A DNA stretch of 24,000 bases from an uncultured bacterium. Its GTDB lineage: Bacteria; Planctomycetota; Phycisphaerae; Phycisphaerales; SM1A02. A program made the position numbers and the translations under genes. Position 1 is the stretch's first letter; every line of letters begins with the position of its first letter. Positions 15,410 through 24,000 of this stretch are shown here, piece by piece. The DNA lies in contig CAITDI010000057.1 in the NCBI GenBank assembly GCA_903891095.1, forward strand, positions 14,329 through 38,328. The letters run 5' to 3'. A model generated the notes under the pieces. The model saw only the letters and a list, made by a program, of their open reading frames with translations. It made no database searches and was not told where the DNA came from.

Positions 15410-16036
15410 ATCAACGACCGCATCCGCATCTCTCCTGTTCGACTCCTCGATCAGGAAGGCGAGATGATCGGAGTCGTCGAGCTCGACGAAGCCAAGCGCC
15501 GCGCGTACGACATCGGCCTCGATCTCGTGGAGATCGCCCCCGACAGCCGTCCGCCCGTGTGCAAGATCATGGACTTCGGCAAGTACAAGTACGAGCAGTC
15601 GAAGAAGGAGAAGGCCAACAAGGCGAAGAGCAAGGCTTCCGAAATGAAGGAAGTCCGCCTCGGCCGCTCCATGAAGATCGACCCGCATGATGTCGACATC
15701 CGCGTCGCGCAGGCCCGCCGCTTCCTCATCGAAGGTCACCGCGTGCAGATCGTCCAGAACTTCCGCGGCCGCGAGATGGCGTTCCGCGAGAAGGGCGACC
15801 GCCGCATGGAGGACATCATCGACCGCCTCGCGGATCTCGCGAAGGTCGAGGTCTCGCCGCGCATGAACGGCCGCCGCATGGGCATGATCCTGGTCCCCGA
15901 GAAGCAGAAGGTCGAGCTCTACAAGCGCAAGATGCTTGCCGAGGGCAAGCCGGTGCTTCCGACCATCCCCGAGCAGCTCGAGGACATGAACGACGATGAT
16001 GACGACGACGACATCATCGAGGGCGGCGAGGAGTGA
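15410..16036 (+). CDS. infC: translation initiation factor IF-3, proposed non-canonical ATC start
   Basis: The track ORF starts at ATG 15464 (MIGVVELDEAKRRAYDIGLDLVEIAPDSRPPVCKIMDFGKYKYEQSKK...). The in-frame upstream codons encode (R)INDRIRISPVRLLDQEGE, the conserved IF-3 N-terminal strand. Between the in-frame stop at 15341 and 15464 there is no ATG, GTG, TTG, CTG or ATT, only ATC at 15347, 15410, 15422 and 15428. The 3' end is secure. The 5' end is uncertain. Confidence 0.8.
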   Translation: MNDRIRISPVRLLDQEGEMIGVVELDEAKRRAYDIGLDLVEIAPDSRPPVCKIMDFGKYKYEQSKKEKANKAKSKASEMKEVRLGRSMKIDPHDVDIRVAQARRFLIEGHRVQIVQNFRGREMAFREKGDRRMEDIIDRLADLAKVEVSPRMNGRRMGMILVPEKQKVELYKRKMLAEGKPVLPTIPEQLEDMNDDDDDDDIIEGGEE

Positions 16037-16108
16037 TGCAGCGGGACGGCCAGGCGTCCGCGCCTCGCCCCCACTGCTGACATCCGCCGACCGCAACCGA
16101 GATTTCCC

Positions 16109-16140
16109 GACGCCGCGCCCCGCGCGGCGTCTTTCTTTTT
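16109..16140 (+). terminator. rho-independent terminator after infC
   Basis: Stem GACGCCGCG (16109-16117) / CGCGGCGTC (16123-16131), followed directly by TTTCTTTTT (16132-16140). Confidence 0.8.
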
Positions 16141-16164
16141 CCAGCCCGCCGCGCGCCGGGAAGT

Positions 16165-16245
16165 CTGTGGAAAACTATCCACAGCCCTTGATTTGTATGC
16201 AGCGTGCTGTATATTTTTCCGTCCCACTGCATTTCCATCCAGTGG
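16165..16245 (+). promoter_or_regulatory. candidate arg-operon promoter flanked by two inverted repeats (possible operators)
   Basis: TTGATT (16188-16193), a 16-nt spacer, then TATATT (16210-16215), in the most AT-rich patch of the window. Inverted repeat CTGTGGA-N6-TCCACAG at 16165-16184, just upstream of the -35. Inverted repeat CCACTG-N10-CAGTGG at 16224-16245, just downstream of the -10. There is no experimental support. Confidence 0.35.
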
Positions 16246-16352
16246 ACCCGCGCACGCCCGCGCGAGTTGGAGTTCGATTGAAGACCGCAACCGCCACCCT
16301 TTCCAGCAACGCCGCGAGCAGCGCCACCACCAGTCTCGCCCGCAACCCCGCC

Positions 16353-16799
16353 ATGAAGTCCCGCCGCCACGCCGCCATCCGCAGCCTGATCTCCTCGAGC
16401 GAGATCTACAGCCAGCACGAGCTGGCGCAGCTGCTCGCGCGCGAAGGCATCGAGGCGACGCAGGCCACGCTCTCGCGCGACCTCTCCGAGCTCGGCGTGC
16501 TCAAGGGCCCCGACGGCTACCAGCTCCCCGGCGCGGCCGTCGCCGCTCCCGCGCCCGACGCGGCGCTCGCGCGCGTCCTTCGCCGCGAGCTCATCTCGAT
16601 CACCATGGGCGGCACGCTCGTCGTGCTCAAGACGCCCACCGGCCACGGCAACGCGCTCGCGATCGAACTCGACCGCATGCGCATGCAGGGCGTCCTCGGC
16701 ACCATCGCCGGCGACGACACCGTGTTCCTCGCCGCAAGCACCCCGCTCGCCGCGCGCCGCATCGTCAAGGAATTGCGCACGCTCGCGCAACTCGCCTGA
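16353..16799 (+). CDS. argR: arginine repressor
   Basis: Internal ATG (16353) of track ORF 15996..16799. MKSRRHAAIRSLISSSEIYSQHELAQLLAREGIEATQATLSRDLSELGVLK is the ArgR winged-helix domain. GTIAGDDTVFL is the C-terminal oligomerisation/arginine-binding motif. Confidence 0.9.
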   Translation: MKSRRHAAIRSLISSSEIYSQHELAQLLAREGIEATQATLSRDLSELGVLKGPDGYQLPGAAVAAPAPDAALARVLRRELISITMGGTLVVLKTPTGHGNALAIELDRMRMQGVLGTIAGDDTVFLAASTPLAARRIVKELRTLAQLA

Positions 16800-16857
16800 T
16801 CCCCAACGCACGACTCGCCGCGGGAGGCCGTCCCCCTCCCGCGCTGGAATCACTTCA

Positions 16858-17946
16858 TTGCAGCAACAAGACTTCTCCTCCACTCTCCGCGTCGCCGTCG
16901 TTGGCGCCAGCGGCTACGCGGGCGCCGAGCTCCTCGCGATCCTCGCCAACCATCCGTCCGCGCGCGTGGTCGCGCTGTTCGGCTCGTCCAAGAAGGCCGA
17001 GGAAGGCGCGCCGACCGCCGCCGATCTCTTCCCGCGCTTCGAGGGCACGGCCATCGGCGCGCTCAAGGTCGAGCCGTTCTCGATCGACGCCGCCAAGGCG
17101 CTCGAGCTCGACGCGATCTTCCTCGCGACGCCGCATGAGCTCTCGCACGAGGTCGCGCAGTCGCTCGTTGACGCGAACATCGTCGTGCTCGATCTCTCCG
17201 CGGCGTTCCGCCTCTCCGACCGCGCGGTGTTCGAGAAGAACTACGGCTTCGCGCACCAGCACGCCGCGCTGCTCGCGGAGGCCGCGTACGGCCTCGCCGA
17301 GTTCAACGCCGACGCCGTCGCCAAGGCGCGCATCGTCGCGGTGCCCGGCTGCTACCCCACCGCGTCGATCCTCGCGATTCGTCCGCTCGTCGAGGCTGGC
17401 CTCGTCGACATGACGCGCCCCGCGATCGTCGACGCCGTCAGCGGCGTGTCGGGCGCCGGCCGCAAGGCCGAAGTCAAGAGCCTGTTCTGCGAGGTCTCGA
17501 TGCAGGCGTACGGCGTGTTCAAGCACCGCCACCGCCCCGAGATCACCGAGCACGCGGGCATCAGCACGATCTTCACGCCGCACCTCGGCTGCTACGAGCG
17601 CGGCATCCTCGCGACCGTGCACCTCGAGCTCAAGCCGGGCACGACCGACGCACAGGTGCGCGCGGCGTACGACGCGGCGTACGCGGGTCGCCCGTTCGTG
17701 CGCGTGCTCAAGGCCGGCCGCTGGCCGAGCGTCGCCGCGGTCGAGCGCACGAACTTCTGCGACATCGGCTTTGCGCTCGAAACCTCGAGCCACGGCACGC
17801 ACCTCATCGTCGAGAGCGCGATCGACAACCTCGTCAAGGGCGCCGCGGGCCAGGCCGTGCAGTGCATGAACCTGCGCTTCGGCTTCGACGAGACCGCGGG
17901 CTTTGCGATGCACAACGGCAACGCGGTCGCGGGAGGTGTGGCGTGA
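16858..17946 (+). CDS. argC: N-acetyl-gamma-glutamyl-phosphate reductase
   Basis: The track ORF starts at TTG 16858, and there is no in-frame ATG before the Rossmann motif. Motifs seen: VAVVGASGYAGAELL, active-site PGCYPTA and NLVKGAAGQAVQ. Confidence 0.9.
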   Translation: MQQQDFSSTLRVAVVGASGYAGAELLAILANHPSARVVALFGSSKKAEEGAPTAADLFPRFEGTAIGALKVEPFSIDAAKALELDAIFLATPHELSHEVAQSLVDANIVVLDLSAAFRLSDRAVFEKNYGFAHQHAALLAEAAYGLAEFNADAVAKARIVAVPGCYPTASILAIRPLVEAGLVDMTRPAIVDAVSGVSGAGRKAEVKSLFCEVSMQAYGVFKHRHRPEITEHAGISTIFTPHLGCYERGILATVHLELKPGTTDAQVRAAYDAAYAGRPFVRVLKAGRWPSVAAVERTNFCDIGFALETSSHGTHLIVESAIDNLVKGAAGQAVQCMNLRFGFDETAGFAMHNGNAVAGGVA

Positions 17947-18782
17947 GCAAGTCCCAGCATCAGCCTCCGCACACCGCACCCCTCGTCGTCAAGATCGGCG
18001 GCGCGCTCCTCGAGAACGCCGACCAGCACGCCGACGCGTTCGCCGGCCTCATCGCGCTCCACCGCGCGCATGCGGGCGGCATCATCCTCGTCCACGGCGG
18101 AGGCGCGCAGGTCGACAAGCAGCTCAAGCTCGTCGGCATCGAGACGCCGCGCATCGAAGGCATCCGCGTCACCACGCGCGAGGCGATCGACCAGGTCGTC
18201 GGCGTGCTCGCGGGCAGCGCGCATGTGCGACTGCTCGGCATCCTCTCCGCGCAAGGCGCGCGCGTCGTCGGCCTCACGCTGTCCGACGGCGGGCTCTGCG
18301 AGTGCCGCCACACGACCAAGTTCGCGTTCGACGCGGGCGAAGTCGGCGAGATCGTCGGCGGCGACGGCGCCGTCGCGCGCACGCTGCTTTCCGCGGGCTT
18401 CATGCCCGTCGTCAACTCGATCGGCCTCTCCGGCAAGGGCGAGCCGCTCAATGTGAACGCCGACGAAGCCGCCTGCGCCATCGCGCGCGTGGTCAACGCC
18501 GCGGGCATCGTGCTCCTCACCGATGTGCCCGGCGTGCTCGACCAGACCAAGCACCTCATCGCCGAGCTCGACGCCGCGCGCATCGATGAACTCATCGCGA
18601 GCGGCACGATCTCGGGCGGCATGATTCCCAAGGTTCGCAACGCGCTCGACGCCGCCGCGCAGGCCGGTTGCCCCGCGACCATCGCGTCGTGGCGCGATCC
18701 CGCCGCGATCGCGAACGGCTCGACCGGCACGCGCATCCTCGCGCCCATTTCCAACGCTTCCGCCCAGCCCTGCCACGCCTGA
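17943..18782 (+). CDS. argB: acetylglutamate kinase
   Basis: GTG 17943 overlaps the argC stop (GTGA). The product reads VSKSQHQPPHTAPLVVKIGGALLEN...ILVHGGGAQV...NVNADEAA...LLTDVPGV...GGMIPK, colinear with ArgB. The earlier part of track ORF 17862..18782 overlaps argC. Confidence 0.9.
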   Translation: MSKSQHQPPHTAPLVVKIGGALLENADQHADAFAGLIALHRAHAGGIILVHGGGAQVDKQLKLVGIETPRIEGIRVTTREAIDQVVGVLAGSAHVRLLGILSAQGARVVGLTLSDGGLCECRHTTKFAFDAGEVGEIVGGDGAVARTLLSAGFMPVVNSIGLSGKGEPLNVNADEAACAIARVVNAAGIVLLTDVPGVLDQTKHLIAELDAARIDELIASGTISGGMIPKVRNALDAAAQAGCPATIASWRDPAAIANGSTGTRILAPISNASAQPCHA

Positions 18783-18815
18783 AGGGGCGCGACCGATCCC
18801 GAGGCCATCGCTCAC

Positions 18816-19823
18816 ATGCATCGCACCGTCGACATCTCCGTTCTCGAAGCGCTCAAGAGCCGCTCGATCCTGCGCCTGACCGACCTCACGGCCGCCGAGA
18901 TCTCCGCGGTCATCGCGCTTGCGCGCACCGTCAAGGCCGACTACTCGGCATTCCGCGGCGTGCTCGCGCAGCGCTCGCTGGTCATGCTCTTCGAGAAGCC
19001 CTCGCTCCGCACGCGCGTCTCGTTCGAGATCGGCTTTCAGAAGCTCGGCGGCTGCGTGTCGTTCCTCGACCACTGCAACGAGCACATCGGTTCGCGCGAG
19101 CCCGTGGGCGACTACGGCCGCATCCTCGAGCGCTGGGCCGATGTCATCGTCGCCCGCGTGTTCAAGCAGGAGACGCTCGCCGCGCTCCGCGACAACTGCA
19201 GCTCGCCGATCGTCAACGCGCTCAGCGACATCGCGCACCCATGCCAGGTCCTCGCCGACGCGCAGACGCTCGTCGAGCACAGCGTCAAGCTCGAGAGCAT
19301 GCACCTCGCGTGGCTCGGCGACGGCAACAACGTCTGCCTCTCGCTCATGGAGCTCGCCGCGATCATGGGCGGCCAGATGACCGTCGTCACGCCCGCCACG
19401 CACAAGCCGTGCGCGACGCTCACCGCGCAGATCCAGTCGATCGCCGCCAAGACCGGCGCGACGATCACGCTCACCGACGATCCCTCCGAGATCGCCGGCG
19501 CGCACGCCGTCTACACCGACGCGTGGATCTCGATGGGCCAGAAGGACTGCCCCGAGAAGATCGCGTCGCTCCGCAAGCTCAGCGTGACGCCCGAGATCAT
19601 GAAGATCGCCGGCCCGCACGCGAAGTTCATGCACTGCCTCCCCGCCCACCGCGGCGAGGAAGTCGCCGGCGCCGTCATCGACGGCCCGCAGTCCGTCATC
19701 TACGACGAAGCCGAGAACCGCATGCACGCGCAGAACGCGCTCATGCTCGCGCTCCTCGGCGTCCTGCCCGCCACGCGCACCGTGCGCGGCGCGCAGGTCG
19801 AGATCCTCGCCAACCGCGGCTGA
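18816..19823 (+). CDS. argF: ornithine carbamoyltransferase
   Basis: Motifs [13 protein letters not shown] (carbamoyl-phosphate binding), [12 protein letters not shown] and [10 protein letters not shown]. The SMG and HCLP motifs favour a canonical OTC over an acetyl- or succinyl-ornithine transcarbamylase. Confidence 0.9.
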   Translation: MHRTVDISVLEALKSRSILRLTDLTAAEISAVIALARTVKADYSAFRGVLAQRSLVMLFEKPSLRTRVSFEIGFQKLGGCVSFLDHCNEHIGSREPVGDYGRILERWADVIVARVFKQETLAALRDNCSSPIVNALSDIAHPCQVLADAQTLVEHSVKLESMHLAWLGDGNNVCLSLMELAAIMGGQMTVVTPATHKPCATLTAQIQSIAAKTGATITLTDDPSEIAGAHAVYTDAWISMGQKDCPEKIASLRKLSVTPEIMKIAGPHAKFMHCLPAHRGEEVAGAVIDGPQSVIYDEAENRMHAQNALMLALLGVLPATRTVRGAQVEILANRG

Positions 19824-19887
19824 CCAGCCGCCACACGAACGCCCGCAACATTCAGCCAGCAAGCACCAGAGAAAGCCAGAGCAATCC

Positions 19888-21204
19888 ATGTCGAACACCC
19901 CGTCGAACATCCCGTCGAGCATCCCGTCCAGCATCAAGAAGCCCAAGCGCGTGTGCGTCGCCTACTCCGGCGGCCTCGACACCTCCTGCATCATCCCGTG
20001 GCTCGTCGAGAACTTCGGCTGCGAAGTCATCGCCTGCGTCGCCGACGTCGGACAGGGCGCGCGTGAGCTCGAGGGCATCGAGGCGAAGGCCATCCGCACC
20101 GGCGCCAAGGAATGCCATGTCATCGACCTCAAGAAGCAGTTCATGGAGGAGTTCGTCTTCCCGATGTGCATCTCGGGCTCGGTCTACGAAGGCCGCTACC
20201 TGATGGGTACCTCGATCGCGCGCCCGATCATCGCGCGCGCGCAGGTCGAGGTCGCGCTGCGCACGGGTTGCGACGCGTTCTGCCACGGCTGCACCGGCAA
20301 GGGCAACGACCAGGTCCGCTTCGAGTCGACCTACGCCGCGCTCGCGCCGCAGCTCGCGGTCATCTCGCCCTGGCGCATCTGGGATCTCAAGAGCCGCGAG
20401 CAGATGCTCGGCTACCTCAAGGAGCGCAACATCCCCTGCGCCGCCAGCGCTGAGAAGATCTACTCGCGCGACGCCAACATGTGGCACATCTCCCACGAAG
20501 GCGGCGAGCTCGAGGATCCGTGGAACGCCCCGCCGGAAGACGTGTGGATGATCTCGGTCAGCCCGAAGGACGCGCCCGACGCCCACGAGGACGTCATGCT
20601 CACCTTCTCCAAGGGCCGCCCGACGCACCTCAACGGCAAGGCGATGGATCCCGTCGCGCTGCTCACCGAGCTCAACAAGATCGGCGGACGCAACGGCGTC
20701 GGCCGCGTCGACATCTGCGAGAACCGCCTCGTCGGCATGAAGAGCCGCGGCGTGTACGAGACTCCGGGCGGCACGATCCTGATGGAGGCCGTGCGCGGCC
20801 TCGAGCAGCTCGTGCTCGACCGCGAGACGCTGCACTTCCGCGAGAAGCTCGCGCTTGACTTCGCGAAGATCATCTACAACGGCACGTGGTTCAGCCCGAC
20901 GCGCGAGGCGATGTGGGCCTCGTTCGAGGCGATCGCGCAGTCGCTCGACGGCGATGTCGTCGTGCGCTGCTACAAGGGCCGCGCGGAGGCGTGCAAGCGC
21001 CGCTCGCCGAACTCGCTCTTCCACCACGGCTTCGCCACCTTCGGCGAGGACGAGGTCTACGACCACAAGCACAGCGAAGGCTTCATCCGCCTGTTCAGCC
21101 TGCCGCTGCGCATCCGCGCGCTGCTCGGCCTGAACCCCGAGGCGAAGCAGCTCGCCGCCGCCAACAAGCCCGGCGCGACGAACAGCAGCAAGCAGCACGC
21201 CTGA
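19888..21204 (+). CDS. argG: argininosuccinate synthase
   Basis: [11 protein letters not shown]-loop-like motif, [13 protein letters not shown], and [19 protein letters not shown]. The first 16 codons are a 12-bp tandem repeat. An alternative in-frame GTG start is at 19951. Confidence 0.9.
   Translation: MSNTPSNIPSSIPSSIKKPKRVCVAYSGGLDTSCIIPWLVENFGCEVIACVADVGQGARELEGIEAKAIRTGAKECHVIDLKKQFMEEFVFPMCISGSVYEGRYLMGTSIARPIIARAQVEVALRTGCDAFCHGCTGKGNDQVRFESTYAALAPQLAVISPWRIWDLKSREQMLGYLKERNIPCAASAEKIYSRDANMWHISHEGGELEDPWNAPPEDVWMISVSPKDAPDAHEDVMLTFSKGRPTHLNGKAMDPVALLTELNKIGGRNGVGRVDICENRLVGMKSRGVYETPGGTILMEAVRGLEQLVLDRETLHFREKLALDFAKIIYNGTWFSPTREAMWASFEAIAQSLDGDVVVRCYKGRAEACKRRSPNSLFHHGFATFGEDEVYDHKHSEGFIRLFSLPLRIRALLGLNPEAKQLAAANKPGATNSSKQHA
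19891..19938 (+). repeat. 12-bp in-frame tandem repeat, 4 copies, at the 5' end of argG
   Basis: TCGAACACCCCG / TCGAACATCCCG / TCGAGCATCCCG / TCCAGCATCAAG, encoding [16 protein letters not shown] immediately after the ATG at 19888. Confidence 0.85.
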
Positions 21205-21220
21205 TTCGCACCAACCGACC

Positions 21221-21253
21221 GGCGACGCTCCCTTGACGGGGAGCGCCGCCTTT
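21221..21253 (+). other. GC-rich stem-loop between argG and argH (weak terminator or attenuator candidate)
   Basis: GGCGACGCTCCC (21221-21232) pairs with GGGAGCGCCGCC (21339-21250 read as 21239-21250) with one A/C mismatch, around a short loop. It is followed by only TTT, so it is a poor intrinsic terminator. Confidence 0.25.
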
Positions 21254-21291
21254 CCCGCTCCCGACCGCACTCAGACAGAAAGCACACACGG

Positions 21292-23175
<1,884 letters not shown>

Positions 23176-23200
23176 TCGTGCGTGAGCGCGTGCCAGAGAC

Positions 23201-23256
23201 TTGAGACGTCAGACGTGAGATTTGGGCCTTGAGATTTGGGACTTGAGATTTGGGTG
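23201..23256. repeat. 14-bp direct tandem repeat, ~4 copies (TTGAGATTTGGGNN)
   Basis: TTGAGACGTCAGAC (degenerate) / GTGAGATTTGGGCC / TTGAGATTTGGGAC / TTGAGATTTGGGTG, between the argH stop (23175) and the argJ ATG (23262). Confidence 0.8.
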
Positions 23257-23261
23257 ACCCC

Positions 23262-24000
23262 ATGACGACCGCCACCGCACACGCTTCCTCGCCGATCCAC
23301 ACCGCCTCGCTCGATTGGCCGCTCGGCTTCCGCGCCACGGTCGGCGCCGCGGCGATCAAGAAGGCGGGACGCGACGATCTCGCGCTGCTGTCGATCGGCG
23401 CCGGCGCAACGGCCGCGGCGATCTTCACGCGCAATCTCTTCGCAGCGGCGCCGATCGAGGTATCGCGGCGTCACCTGAAGGATTCGCGCGGACACGCGTC
23501 GGCGCTGATCCTGAACTCAGGCTGCGCGAACGCGGCAACGGGTCCGCGCGGGCTTTCGAACGCGCAGGAGACCGTCGATGCGGTGTCGCTCGCGATCGGT
23601 TGCGCGAGCGAGGCCGTGCTTGTGAACTCGACGGGCGTGATCGGCGTGCAGCTGCCGATGGAGCGCATCGTGCCGGAGATCCCGCACATGGTCGCTCGAC
23701 TCGCGAACGCAGTCGACGGCGGTCCGCTCGAGCCGTTCGCGCGCGCGATCATGACCACCGACACGAAGCCGAAGATGTCGTCGCGCACGATCGCGTGCGG
23801 CGGCGGTCGGACGGTGCGCGTCTCGGGCGTCGCGAAGGGCGCGGGCATGATCCGACCCGACATGGCCACGATGATCTCGGTGCTCGCCACCGACGCCGAA
23901 GTCGACGCCAAGACGCTCGACCGCATCCTGCGCCACGCCGCCGACGCGAGCTACCACCGCATCTCGGTCGACGGCGACACCTCGACGAACGACTCGGTGT
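23262..24000 (+). CDS. argJ: glutamate N-acetyltransferase / amino-acid acetyltransferase ArgJ, N-terminal part (continues off the right edge)
   Basis: Not in the ORF track because there is no stop in the window. My translation from ATG 23262 reads MTTATAHASSPIHTASLDWPLGFRATVGAAAIKKAGRDDLALLS...NSGCANAATG...MTTDTKPK...GVAKGAGMIRPDMATMISVLATDA...DGDTSTNDS. This includes the ArgJ self-cleavage region (A-T-M). Confidence 0.9.
   Translation, partial: MTTATAHASSPIHTASLDWPLGFRATVGAAAIKKAGRDDLALLSIGAGATAAAIFTRNLFAAAPIEVSRRHLKDSRGHASALILNSGCANAATGPRGLSNAQETVDAVSLAIGCASEAVLVNSTGVIGVQLPMERIVPEIPHMVARLANAVDGGPLEPFARAIMTTDTKPKMSSRTIACGGGRTVRVSGVAKGAGMIRPDMATMISVLATDAEVDAKTLDRILRHAADASYHRISVDGDTSTNDSV

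Noticed and set aside
17592-19946. 784-aa minus-strand ORF antisense to argC/argB/argF
   Set aside because: It spans three plus-strand genes with textbook motifs, so it is a high-GC shadow ORF.

Overview
High-GC (by eye ~68-70% G+C) bacterial chromosomal segment. I can support 20 protein genes. I found no rRNA or tRNA genes, no CRISPR array and no integrase or transposase genes. The dockerin-type C-terminal repeats (DLNGDG..DLS.LL.GWG) and the frequent lack of Shine-Dalgarno motifs suggest a Planctomycetota/Phycisphaerae-like organism, but this is inference only.

Layout:
(i) Housekeeping left end: pyrH (partial, -), frr (+), nrdR (-), thrS (+).
(ii) An ~11.5 kb block of accessory-looking genes between thrS and infC. 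It holds a secreted YHS-domain protein and a minus-strand three-gene operon joined by ATGA overlaps (small TM protein / ferric-reductase-like di-heme TM domain fused to a Rieske domain / membrane-anchored Cys-cluster protein). It also holds a divergent plus-strand three-gene operon (DinB-like / NRDE-TANGO2-like / DedA membrane domain fused to an ATP-grasp ligase) and two large secreted proteins (a Cys-rich dockerin-repeat protein and a beta-helix + PA14 protein).
(iii) infC, whose conserved N-terminus lies upstream of the first ATG and can only start at an ATC codon. It is followed by a strong terminator and an arginine operon: argR-argC-argB-argF-argG-argH::GNAT-argJ (partial).

Four short direct tandem-repeat arrays (units of 19, 13, 12 and 14 bp) sit just after or at the start of plus-strand genes.

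The most promising candidates for undescribed systems are the two divergent membrane-associated operons at 4549-9797. All functional proposals for them are inference from domain recognition by eye. No database search was possible. The many long ORFs antisense to recognisable genes are treated as high-GC shadow ORFs.
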